A DNA stretch of 64,000 nt from Podarcis bocagei (lineage: Eukaryota), in the NCBI GenBank assembly GCA_964188305.1, contig OZ076887.1; one strand, written 5' to 3'. The position numbers and the translations under genes were made by a program. Positions 49,049-61,090 of this stretch are shown in pieces; the first letter of the stretch is position 1, and each line of letters starts with the position of its first letter. The notes beneath the pieces were generated by a model. The model searched no databases. It was not told where the DNA came from and was given only the letters and a program-made list of their open reading frames with translations.

Positions 49049-50953
49049 GTATGTGTTCTTTAGATATTTTTGGCTTCTGTACTTGGTGTGACTTAAGGGA
49101 AATCCCATAACAGTCTCTCCCAAAGAGAACCATAGAACTATGCCACTCAAAACTATTTTGGGCCTGTATTCTGTCTCTATAAAGCCCTGTGATCACTTCA
49201 CTAAGGTCTTATCCACACTTACCTTTCCTCCACTCTTTCTAGGCATGGTCTGTAATTTAAACTTCCATGTCCGAGTGCCCCCTCCCTCTGGAGCTTTAAC
49301 AGAATAAACCCCAAAATCAGAGCAAACGTCAATCTGCGCAAAACCCCAAATTGACATTTGCTCTGATCCAGCTTTGGAGAGTGAGTTTTCACAGAGAAAG
49401 CTCTGGCAGGGGTGGGCTGGGGCGTCTGCTCTGCCTGGAAAGAGTGGGGCAAAAAGTAAATGTGGATCAACCCTAACAAGGAGGAATGTGGTGCATGTAT
49501 GGGGTGTATGGAATGGAATAGAGCAAAACTAGGTGGAAAAGCTCAACTCCTTTGATGCTTAGTCCCTCTCTGCTAGCCACCCTTCCAGGTCACATCCCTA
49601 GATGCTGCATCCCACAGACCGCATTGCCACTTTAATCAGTTGCATTCCATAATAGGGGAGTCTCATTTTTATTGGCCGGAAGGGGATTTTTTATAATGAA
49701 GATGTTCAATCCTTCTTTGCAAGTTGCACTGCTTATGGCAATCTTGATAGGCCTTGCAAAATTCAAGGGCTTTCCTCCCCATATGATAGCCATGGACACT
49801 CTAAGGTCACACATTGTAAGATGCTGTAGCAATTTAGGAGCTCTTTGTAATGTCATCCCGCAAGGATACAGGTCCGTGCTAAAGCTTAGTACATGCAGCT
49901 GCCCCCCAGCAGTTTCTAATACAGGTAAAAGGCTGCAATCCAACCTCCTCCCATCCACTGCTGTGGCTTTGCAGAGCAATAGCTCCACTGTCACACCTGC
50001 AGCATGTGATGGGTGGAGTCAAAGATGTTGGAGGCTACACCATCCTGGAGCTGGTGCAGTGATTGGATCTGATGCTTTCATGTGATAAGCAGTGAGACAG
50101 GCTTGGGGTCAGACTCAGGCCAGGCTGGATCAGACCTTCTGTGTGGCTGGAGCAGCCCATTTCTGGGGCCTTCCAGTGGCTGTGACCTGCTAGCATCCCA
50201 CCAGTAGCACTCCCACTTGCAGGTTTGGTGGGTGGAGGGGGAGGGCAGCACTTATGGAGTGATGCTTGTGCTGGCTGGTGGGAGGCCAGCTTAGATGGGA
50301 GATCTGAGCAGAGCGATATCTTCGCCCAATCCAGCCCTCTCCCTCGCCTGCCAGCCTGGCACAAGGGGGATTTGGACTGCTCTGTTGCCAACATATCCAG
50401 TTTCATGGTTGAGATACACCAAGGGTCAAGACCTTAACTTAGAATAGGGCAGGAGAGGAAGCTACATGAAGAGAAAAGCTAGAGATAAATCTCTTTAGGC
50501 AGCTTGAACATCAAGATTTCACAAATTGAAATGAAAGTGATTTACCTCCCAATCTTATTTTATAGACTGGATTTTAATATTAATACGGTGCATAATAGCA
50601 TGCAGTAGGCACTAATCCACGCACTTCATAATTCACCCACAAAATGTCACACTCCCTGTTTCTCATCAAAGATTTAATAGATTGGCTATCAAAAGCAAAA
50701 GGCTGGTGTCTTTTATTACTTGAGGCGGCATTATTTTTACAATTATGCTCCCTGCTTACAAGTATTACACAATATTAAAGTGGGTTTGAAAGACTGTTAA
50801 GTGGTGACCATCATGAAAAGTTAGCTTTATGCAGATGGTTTCTTTTCTTCTCTTACTTGGGTGAATGACATCTTTGACATCTCCTGTCTTGTATGCATCT
50901 TTTTCTTTATTTTGTGTGTCTGAATAATTCTTTGGTTTCTTCTTCTTTTTTAG

Positions 50954-51094
50954 AAAAAGCAACTTCCCTTGGATCCAACAGCTCTTCCTCTTCCACTACA
51001 TCTTTAGACAGCAAGCAGAATTGCTCAAAGAAGTGGAATACCGCAAGGAAAAATAAGAAGGAAGACTTGAAAAGCCATTCTGCTGCAACGAAAG
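50954..51094 (+). CDS. CLIP4: CLIP4 coding exon 10, Ser-rich linker (EKATSLGSNSSSSSTTSLD...ATK)
   Basis: Long polypyrimidine tract, tttag| ... AAG|gtatgc; 141 nt. Confidence 0.9.
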
Positions 51095-52505
51095 GTATGC
51101 TTTCTCCGCAGTTGCTTTTTAAATAGTAATGTGAAGACAGTGGTGGCACTAAGAGGTCCATTTCTGGTCTTTTCTTTCTGCAGCTATTAAGATAAAAACA
51201 AGTCATCTGCAGACTTCTAGATGAGTTTTTTGTAGTTGGAGTATGGGTGGGATTACAAGGCTGAATTAACCATTTTGGTAAGTGCCACCTTGTGGACAGC
51301 ATGAACAGGTCCTGTTGTGGCCAGATCTTCCTAATGTGGAAACTGCCTCTCCTGTTCATGCCTCATCACATGGTGGTAGGAGAGGCCGTGTTCCTACCTG
51401 TATGTGTTTTCATAGCTCTAGGATACTCAGATACTTGCCACTCATAAAACTACTATGATGTGACTTTCTATAGTACTTATTTAATCAGGCTAACACCTTT
51501 CATACAGTTCTTAAGGTGTGTGTATAGACATGCCTAAAAATGAGAAGGGAAGCTGCTGTGGAAGTGGACCTGCAGTGTTTAGGTCAGATATAGACTTCTC
51601 TCCAGCATTCAGCCTAGGGGAAGCCACCTCTACCACTTGTCAGAAGAAACCAGCTGTACACAGCACTGATTGGCTAGCATTTGTGTCAGTAAGAACTACC
51701 TCTCACAACTATCCCTGGAATACTTTTTCAACTTTTAGAAACACTGGCTTGATTTTCTATAATAGAAAGTGCTGAATGAACTTTTCAATACCCATATATG
51801 TGGCATTTTAAACAGTTGGTTAGAAAGGTAGACAGCCCAGCTCAGCCACTGAGTGTGAGTGAAAAATGCACACTTGAGAGTAAGCCCCATTTAATTCAGT
51901 GGGACTTATTTCTAAGTAAACATGCATATGTTTGGCTGTCTATTAATTAAAAATCCAAAGCAAGTGCATCTGTCATTTGCAGTGGGAAGCTGAACTCACC
52001 CTGCAGGAGAAAAAAAAATGCATCATCTTCTTGATTTGAAGTAATGTCTATACTTGGCCGTGAGTACTCCATGTAGCTTTCTAAATTATTATTCAGTCTT
52101 CCCCTGTATTATACTAAAATTAATTTAGAAATTCCCTTTTTCCAAGATGCTAGCCTTTTGTGGCTTCATGAATTAACCCCACAAGTGAAAGAAGGAAATA
52201 AATTTCCCATTGCAAATGGGAGCAGAGATCTGATTCCCATAGCCTGCTACAATTTTGCTCCTAGTTCTTAGTTTCTAAAACTTTTTGGGTATGCCCATCT
52301 TGATTCCATATAATTTGTGTATTTTAACTTAGCCTGGAGACTGCATAGGCATATTTGATTAGCTTTCTGGACTTGCTGCTGAGATCTTCTTTAGTTTTAT
52401 TTGAGGCACCGACTATATTGGTTCAATATATGAATAAATATTAATGGTCCTTTTCTCTTACATTATTCAAATATCTTCTCCATTTCCTTAAATCTGGTTG
52501 AACAG

Positions 52506-52640
52506 GAAGAAACAACACTTTTCCATCTTCAAGAAGAAATCCTTTTGATGAAGGGGAGATTCAGATTGGAGACAGAGTACTGGTGGTAGGACAGAGAACT
52601 GGAATAGTTAGATTTTATGGGACAACTAAGTTTGCACCAG
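52506..52640 (+). CDS. CLIP4: CLIP4 coding exon 11, start of CAP-Gly 2 (...EGEIQIGDRVLVVGQRTGIVRFYGTTKFAP)
   Basis: aacag| ... CAG|gtaagc; 135 nt. Confidence 0.94.
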
Positions 52641-54242
52641 GTAAGCTTTCTGCTGTGAACATTTAGGGCAGAACTAGGATTGCCTAGTGTATTTTAGATC
52701 TGTGACTGAAGCTAAGACTTTTGTCAGAGAAAATAAAGCATTTAATTTGTCTCCTGGGCTTCATTTTTCAGAATAATTCACATTATAGCTTCCAGTAAGA
52801 AACAATGTAAAATGTTGGTTAAATACTATAAAATACAAATTCAAAACAAATAAAGTGAACAATCCATGTAAAATAAAATCTTAAAGCAGATTCTTGTAAA
52901 CAGAGATGGCAGAGATGAAGTTGGAATTTGAACCTGGAACCATCTGCATGCAAAGCATTGCTGAGCTATGTGTCCTTTCAAAAGCAGTTGTGTTGGCATC
53001 ATAAAAATATCAGCCAGCATAGAACCAAAGATTTCATTTTTTGCTGAAGAAGTGTGACCTCTGATAACTACATACACAAATTCAACTGCATTTGTTCAGC
53101 CCGCTCAGTCAAGTGTATAGTGCTTGCAGATAAATAATCTGAGTAATTTCAAAACTGTATTTTAGTATGCAAGGAGCAGGAAACATAAGTGATCTGCACT
53201 TCCTGTTTTGGATATTTCCAAGCTGAACTACCAGTCAACAGATGGTGCAAAGCTCATTAACTATTGTATGCGACTCTAAAAACGGAACGCATTTTACTTG
53301 TCCACAGGGCATTTAGGGACTATTAAACTTTGCCTCTGCACACTGCTCTGCACACACACACATACCCCAATTATCACCCTAAACTTGCTTGGATTCGGGG
53401 GGTGGGTGGCATTTATAGTTTATACAGAACTGAAAACAATTATCCAAATAGCACCACTATTTGACACTGGGATTATAGGTATAGTGCTTATTTTGGTGTG
53501 TGAGACTTACCTTTACTACGTATGGTGCTTATTCTGTTAAAATAAATGATATGGGTGGCTGGGGAGGGAGGAATCTATCTCAGAAAACCTCTGATGTGTG
53601 TTTTGACCTCAGGGAAAGCTTGCTCTTTTGCAGAAGAACTCCTCCCTGTAGCCTCTTACTTCAGATGACAGCTTTCAGTAGTGAGCCAAGGCATATTTAG
53701 TTGCATAAGTGTTGCTGCTGATAAACTGGCAGAGAATCTGTCGCTATTTCTTTTGAAGGCAGGAAGAAAACAACTCTTCCCCGGCCGAGCCTTTTAAATG
53801 CATGATGGAGTTCTGGCTGCTTCAGCTTGTAATTAGCATTGCCCTTAAAAACTGCACCCTAAGCGCCAAATGACTTGAATTTTAATGTTGAGTCTTAATG
53901 GAGTTGGATAGCATGAGAAATAGGGCATTATGGAACTTTCTTCAGAATTAGCAAATGCAACACATACTGTAGTGTTTAAATGAAAGTGTTGCTGTCTGAT
54001 GACTTTCTCGGTGCCCTGTGAGGAAATAACTTTTCAAGAAAGCTTCATCAAACAATTTATTTGCTTCTTACAGTGCACACTAGAAGGTTCTTATATCTTG
54101 GAAGACAAGTGAATGAAAGCAGCAGCAGTTCAAAGTATTGCTTGCATACTTTTGGATCAGGACGAAGAAGGCAGCCTTGACCGTGTACATTTAGAGGCCC
54201 ACAGTTCTGAAAGCTTTATTGCACTGTCTTACTTGGATGCAT

Positions 54243-54589
54243 GGGACGTGGGTGGCGCTGTGGGTTAAACCACAGAGCCTAGGACTTGCTGATCAGAAGG
54301 TCGGTGGTTCAAATCCCCATGACGGGGTGAGCTCCTGTTGCTCGGTCCCTGCTCCTGCCAACCTAGCAGTTCAAAAGCACGTCAAAGTGCAAGTAGATAA
54401 ATAGGTACGGCTCTGGTGGGAAGGTAAATGGCGGTTCCGTGTGCTGCTCTGGTTCGCCAGAAGTGGCTTAATCATTCTGGCCACATGACCTGGAAGCTGT
54501 ATGCCGGCTTCCTCGGCCAATAAAGCGAGATGAGCGCCGCAACCCCAGAGTCATCTGAGACTGGACTTAACTGTCAGGGGCCCCTTTAC
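54243..54589 (+). mobile_element. Sauria SINE (Squam1), 14-bp TSD CTTACTTGGATGCA
   Basis: Full-length copy. TSD at 54228-54241 and 54590-54603. Confidence 0.93.
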
Positions 54590-54936
54590 CTTACTTGGAT
54601 GCACACCACTTTAGAAGCCTCTCCTCCCCCGCTTTCCTTGCCTTTCTAAAATCTTTATACAGAGGAATGAGATTAAGTGCTACTTCAAAAGTTGAAGCAA
54701 CATTTGGAGAGAATGCTTATTCATCTTGATAGCTTCTTCAAGCTGATCTATTTAAGAGGAGTTCTTTTTCTCTGCTCTCAATTCCTACTCCTTATTTGCT
54801 AATTGTAGATTTAAATTTGCCAAGAGCAGAATGCTTCTGTGGCATACAGGTAGATATCTGTAGTGAGCAACAGCAAAACTGAAAAGAGTGCATCTTTGCC
54901 CTACCTGTGACTCTCTTAAAACATCTGGTTTTGCAG

Positions 54937-55060
54937 GGGTTTGGTGTGGAATAGAACTGGACAAACCTCATGGCAAGAATGATGGTTCAGTTGCAGGAAT
55001 GCAGTACTTCAGCTGCCTCCCCAGATATGGTGTCTTTGCACCACCATCGAGAGTGCAGAG
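54937..55060 (+). CDS. CLIP4: CLIP4 coding exon 12, CAP-Gly 2 (GVWCGIELDKPHGKNDGSVAGMQYFSCLPRYGVFAPPSRVQ)
   Basis: ttgcag| ... AG|gtaagt; 124 nt; GKNDG motif. Confidence 0.96.
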
Positions 55061-55544
55061 GTAAGTGCAGAGTTCATGACAGCGGGACAAAACGGGTTGG
55101 GCTTCACAGTTTGACCCAGACTACTTCCATCCATTTGGAGGGAAACCCAGAGGAGTGCCAGCACAAGTTTGCTACCAAATTATAGATCATCTCTGTTCTT
55201 TGACTAGATTAGTTGAGGGGAGCAATCTGTCTTTGGAGGGCAAAACAACATATATGCAAAGGAGATGAGAGCACACAGGCCAGAGGAAATAGGAAGCTGA
55301 ATTACAGCAGGTGGTGTGTGGGGAGTGTCCTGGAGATTGTGAAGTGGAAAGAAAATGAGAAGCATAGAAGAGTGGCACAATCGTAGCAGAAGAAATGGAA
55401 GGAGACTTTGGCAGTGCGTTCTAAATTTCCAGAGCAGGGAATGGAACAAAGGGAGAAATGACACTTAAATAAGCATTGGACTGTTCTTTTTCTTCTTCGC
55501 CGCCTTGAGAGAGAGAAGTGTTAAACATATTATTTCATTTGCAG

Positions 55545-55609
55545 GCTAGTGGGATCGCTAGACTCCCTCACAGATGTTTCATCAAGTAAAATGAATCATT
55601 CTCTCCCCG
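55545..55609 (+). CDS. CLIP4: CLIP4 coding exon 13 (LVGSLDSLTDVSSSKMNHSLP)
   Basis: ttgcag| ... G|gtaaga; 65 nt, in phase. Confidence 0.92.
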
Positions 55610-56301
55610 GTAAGAATTTGACAAGTACCTGATTTCATTGCTTCATATTACCTGTGCAAATTGCAGCAACTGTAGCTACTTGGGGATGGTGGGAGTGAAA
55701 TGGGAAGGCCTCAAGGCAGGAGCTTTTTCCATTTCTCTCTTCCCTCCCATTTCGCCTTGTTTTTCTTTAAAGTCGGTAACCCCTCCTTTTTGAAACAAAT
55801 ACAGAATGAGATTTTAAAAGGCATCTTATTATTATTTTCAATATTCCTGCTCTGTTCTCAGAACTTCGTAGTGTGATTGCAAGGGGTTGTTCTAGGTGGT
55901 CAGGAGCCAAAATTCTATGATCTTTCTCAGTGAAATATGGGCATAACCTTGCCTACCTGTTGTGTGGTTTTACTGCTGTGTTAAGTTGCCTTTGTTTGTG
56001 GACTTGTTTCCTAAGACCCAGGCTCTGGGGCTGCCTTGGCAAGATTTTGAACTAGTCATTCTAGACACAGCTCAGCAATGCTGTGCAGTGTCCATTACTT
56101 TCAGTGGGACAGATCACAGCTGAATGGAGCCTGAGAAAGCAGCACTGTAAAAAAGGACCGGAATAAATGAGTGTTGAGGAAAGGTGAAAGACTTTGATTT
56201 TTGTGTGCTCTATGGATATTGAGGGGAAATAGGCTTAGATATTTATGTATGTATGCCACTTAATAGACTGAATTGAAGTTTGTTTTTCTTATCATGTTCA
56301 G

Positions 56302-56374
56302 GTTTCCGACGAAGTTTTAGCACAACCTCTGCGTCTTCCCAAAAGGAATTAAACAGGAGAAACTCCTTTGTCAA
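56302..56374 (+). CDS. CLIP4: CLIP4 coding exon 14 (GFRRSFSTTSASSQKELNRRNSFV)
   Basis: ttcag| ... AA|gtgagt; 73 nt. Confidence 0.95.
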
Positions 56375-57338
56375 GTGAGTGGCTCTTAGAAAAGGGAATA
56401 CATGTCTGCTATGATTAGATTAATTCAGCACTCTTTTTGTCTCTGGAGGCATGCATCTTAGTGATTAACAGTGCAATCCTATGCATGTTTACCCAGAGTT
56501 ATGTCTACTGTGTTCACTGGAGATTACTCCCTTTCCAGTGTCTTTAGGGTCGTAGTCCACAGAGTCATTTTGATATTGTTGAATAACTCCCAACACTAAT
56601 CCTGAATGGTTATAGGAAGTCTCAATGGCAGTGATGCTTTTTTGCTTGCCTGCAAGTCTTGTTCCTGCACAGTGATGGCTGTCAGGAAAAGCTGGCTGTA
56701 CATTTTAGAATTAATAACTGAAATCAGAATGGTAAAGAAATAGGCCTGCGCCAGGATCTCACTTCTGAGAATTATCGTGCACATTCCTTGCCAGCTCAAC
56801 AGCTAGGCCAAAACGCTCCAGCTGACACACACACACCAATTTCCCCACTACCTTTTAACAGGAGCTGGCTTAGGGCCAAACTAGACAGGACATCAAATGT
56901 GTTTTTGCATTTAACATACATGCTTTTAAAAATGAAAATGGTAGGTGAGTTGGGTTAATAATTATTGGGATCACAGCAGGCAAAGAGGAGACTCTTAACC
57001 CTTTCTTCCCATGCTGCACCCCTGCCAAAAATAGCTTTCGGAGCTGCTGTTTGCATTGGTAGGAAAACTTCACTATCCTTTTGAAAAGCTTGTTGACCTT
57101 GTGGTACAGGGATACACAGGCTTTTCTCTTGGGTTGATGATGAGCGTGTTGCGTGGCCTTTAACTGAAGGCATGTTTTACTGCCATTGCCAGATCAGAAG
57201 CAATCTGGTCCATATCAGGAGGCCCTGAAGTCTTTATCTTAGTAAGTCAGTGGCAGATTTCCTCTGTGTGCATATGCAATCTTAGTATCTTGTGCATTTA
57301 ACAAATGGTCCACCTGTTGCCTCCTTTTATCTGCCCAG

Positions 57339-57660
57339 GTCAAAAAATGCTTCCCTGCGACGCAGCTGGAGCAGCACCACTACGGCCAGCGCGGAGGGGC
57401 CCGTCAAGCTTCATGAAGGCTCCCAGGTCCTCCTGAGCAGCTCCAGTGAGATGGGCATCATTCGCTACATTGGGCCCACAGACTTTGCTCCAGGCATCTG
57501 GCTTGGCCTGGAACTCCGAAGCGCCAAAGGCAAGAATGACGGCTCCGTGGGTGACAAGCGGTACTTTACTTGCAAGCCAAATTATGGAGTCTTGGTGCGG
57601 CCGAGCCGAGTCACTTACCGAGGGATCAACGGTGCAAAACTTGTGGATGATATCTGCTGA
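57339..57660 (+). CDS. CLIP4: CLIP4 last coding exon, CAP-Gly 3 (...GIWLGLELRSAKGKNDGSVGDKRYFTC...KLVDDIC*)
   Basis: cccag| acceptor; 322 nt to TGA. The summed CDS is 2106 nt, or 701 aa plus stop. Confidence 0.97.
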
Positions 57661-60000
57661 AAGCAAACTCCTCTAGCTCTTGAGATGAGGGCATAAGAAA
57701 TAAAGCACACAAGACAATCCTGCCATCGCCTGCATGAAGTTCTGCCTTACCCAAAGTCCTAAAACTGCATTTGTATAACACTTGCACAGTTCTAACCAGA
57801 TTGGAGTTGCATTATGACTCTTGAGGAATGAAATCTTAATAGCTTCCCCTACAGAACGGTCCTCACCCAAAAGCTGCTTACATACTAAAAAAAACAACTT
57901 GGGGTTGAGCAGTCCTGTTATTTGAATAATCTGTTTTTTATCTGGCTCCATGTTGACATGCTTTGCTGCTTTACAAATGATGTTTCCATCCCACATTCTA
58001 ATGAAGCTGTAAAGTGACTTGAGATCGCCGAGCTTGTTAAACAAGCAGCAGGATTTGTCAACCTGCTAAACAGTCTTCACTTTCTTTGGGGAAAAAATAG
58101 CAATAAAGAGGGAGGGAAGTGACAGTATTTAGGGGGAAAATGTTGTGAGACAGGTAGCTTATTATCCAGACAGATCCTCCAAGCACAAAGCAACCAGTTG
58201 AAAAGAGAAAAAAATGTGCTTCTTCCATGCTACATACAGAAGCATCCTGAATAGAAGAAAGGGGGAAAAGAATAAAGCAGCACAAATATTTTCAGGTAAA
58301 TAGTAAAAGCACTTTTTGTTACAGTATATAGAGATATACTGTATAATGGACATGCGTGTGTATTTTAAAGGCAGCAGCATGCCAGAAGCACTTTCCAAAA
58401 ATGCCATTGGAACAAGTATTAATGCACTTTTATTTCTCCTTTCTGAAGAGTTTCCCCACTCAAGTTCTGGAGAAATTATTTTGTTAGTCAAGACTGAAGC
58501 CTGTAACACTGCAACGTTTTGCATGCATCAAATGCCCTTCAGCAAAGCTCTCCAGCCAGCAATCAGATTGGCCAACGGGTCATTTTAAGGTGAGGTAACA
58601 GTATTGGGTTTAAGATAATGTGTGCGTGGATTTGCACCACCTCCTCCTCTAGGAAACGTGCCCACTCATGGGTAGGTGATGAGGGAGCCTTTCTTCCTTC
58701 TGATTTTTGACAGTGTTCTTAACCTTGGTTAAAACACCCTATTTTAGTCTTCTGGGAGGAGAAGCTTGTAGAAAGCCTATGGGAGATTCCATGATTGTTG
58801 CAGGTTCAAGTTTCCTCTTCCTCTAGAACTGTCACCTGGTTGACCTGGAACCTTTAGCTTGCCTTACTATGCCAAGCCACTGCAGGTTGAGTTAGGCCAT
58901 ATGGCAGCTGACCATCTTGCCTTCAGGCCGCCACTTCCTGGCTCTGGGCAGAACATTTAAGAGAGACCTATATTTCGGTGCTTGAATCCCAAATATCCCA
59001 TGTGCAATAAGAATTCTGTATTACTGTAGACGCCAACCTTAGGAAAAGCTTGTCACAGTGCTAGGTGTTGAAGCCCTTGCCATTTTTATATAATGTAGTT
59101 GCTGCATTGTTGCCTAGAAGCATGATGTACCTTGAAATAAAAAAAAAACTTTAAAAACATGATTATTTTACTGCACTATGCTTCTCTTTAAATAAGTGAT
59201 TATAAATTTATAAATTGTATTGTTAAAAAATATATCTTATTTTAATTGTTATGACATATTTTGAACCCTTATTAAATGGATTCAGATAATTTAAAAGCCA
59301 CAGAAGTCACTAAGTGGCTTCATCCTTGAAAATAAGGGGAAGAATTCAGTGTAGTGTTATGGTAACTGCCTCCCTTGTGCTAACAGCAGTCCTTGCACAG
59401 CCTTCCACTAGTGGGACTCATTAGTTGAATCCTGGCCAAGGTATCTTGTCAAATTGCACTCAAAAGTAAAACCACATTCTAGCTGTCTATAAAAGTGTAT
59501 AGATAATATTTTTAAACATTGCTAGAACCATTTCCCCCTGATCTACATTAAGCACGACGAAGCTGCAATATTGCTTTATAGCTAATGGGTATTTTAAAAC
59601 TAAGGGCAACGGTTGTAAACTGTGATTATAAACTTGTTCTTAATTAAAAGCCATCTGAAAACTGCAGAAATGCATTTGAGGACCCAGATGCACCTTGATG
59701 CACTGAATCTTGCCATGTCTGACATCTGTTTCCTTGGGTGTTTAAATGTATTTTTAAATGAGAGTGCTGTTAATGGTCGTTTGGTTTTAACGATGCCTGT
59801 TGCTTTTAAGAAAACTGAGCTATCACTGACCGAGTATCCTTTTTTTGAATCACTTTCTTATATTGTTAACTTGCACATTATGCATTTAGGATAGAAAGCA
59901 GCAGCTGTAATATAACAAAACAGATGTTTTAAACACCTTTTATGTTTGTAATATATTGATGTACTCTACAGACATACTGATTTTGAACATAAAAATGTTT
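57661..60000 (+). other. Probable CLIP4 3' UTR (end uncertain; AATAAA at about 57699, 58102, 58272 and 59136)
   Basis: AT-rich stretch after the stop with no recognisable transposon and several poly(A) hexamers. Confidence 0.5.
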
Positions 60001-60344
60001 TGTGCATTCCCTATGTATTGGTCGGATGGTATCTTTCTTTTGCCCTCCTCTTCCTCTAGGGATTGTGACTTACAAGGTTAACATTGGTACCATTGAAAGA
60101 AAAATTATTGCGCTAATATGAACTGCCTCATTTTTCCTATTTGCTCTTGCAGATCATGTCTGCCCAAACTATCAGCATAAAATCTACATGGCTTCAGTAT
60201 TAAGAAGGACTGCTTGCAGAATGAGTTCTGCTGTATATTAGAAAGGAAATGAATATACCAGTAGGCCATGCATAGTCACCAAGGGATAAAATGAACTGAA
60301 TATAGAAAAAGGTAACTACTTTATTAACCCAGGAACCCGGTGCC

Positions 60345-60660
60345 AGTATAATGTAGGGCTCTTTGTTGACAGGGCCCTCTCAGTGGCAGCTCCCCGTTTG
60401 CGGAATGCCATCCCTAGTGAGGTGTGTTCTCCCTGATAATTAACTTTCAGGATGATCTTAAAAACACCCCTGTTCACCCAGGTATTTGATGGGTGAAAGA
60501 TACTGTTCCTGGCAACCTTGAAATTATTGCCTGTGAAGCTATGTGGCTTTTAAAATGTTTTTAGATAACAATGTTTTATTTTTGATTGAATTCCTTTACC
60601 ACTTTGGGGGTTGATGTGCTGGGCTCGTTTATTAGGAAGGGTGGACAGAAATATTAACAA
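60345..60660 (+). mobile_element. Old L2 3' fragment
   Basis: Translates to RALSVAAPRL.NAIPSEV...FRMILKTPLFTQVF, followed by a T-rich 3' UTR. Confidence 0.6.
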
Positions 60661-60984
60661 GAAGAGCTTCTCTGGAGTGAAATCCAACTTATCCTAATGA
60701 TCAGCCAGGCCTTAAAAGGAGATTAGTGGTGCATTTAGAAGAGCTGTACCTCCCCATCTCAATTAATTGTTCTGTAACCAGTATAGGAAATTTGTCACCT
60801 CTGCCAGGTAGCCTGGGTAACTTTCATTCTAGTTCAACAAGAACTTTGCATGACTTTGGGAGTCAAAATGGGACTTTAGTTAATATTGTCGTGCTAAATG
60901 ATCACTTGCATTTTACCCCCTGGCCAAGCTTAGCAGTTCAAGTGCTGAATTAAAAGCCTCCTTGGTTTGGTGAGCCATTGTAGA

Positions 60985-61090
60985 GAGAATACACAGCCAG
61001 GCGCAAGCTTTCCTTTACAGTCATTTTATTTTGTCTTCATGCCTTTAGCTTCACTACACTTGATTACAATACAAATACAATACAAAATAC
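60985..61090 (-). terminator. Minus-strand cleavage/poly(A) site of a gene entering from beyond the right end (ALK by synteny)
   Basis: On minus: four clustered TGTA (61065-61084), AATAAA (61025-61030), then a GT-rich downstream element (GGCTGTGTATTCTCTC). Confidence 0.5.

Noticed and set aside
49632-50437. 120-137 aa intronic ORFs
   Set aside because: They are not needed for the complete CLIP4 CDS, show no domain similarity, and are likely old repeat sequence.
50907-51359. 150-aa minus-strand ORF
   Set aside because: It is antisense to a CLIP4 exon and intron, with no independent support.
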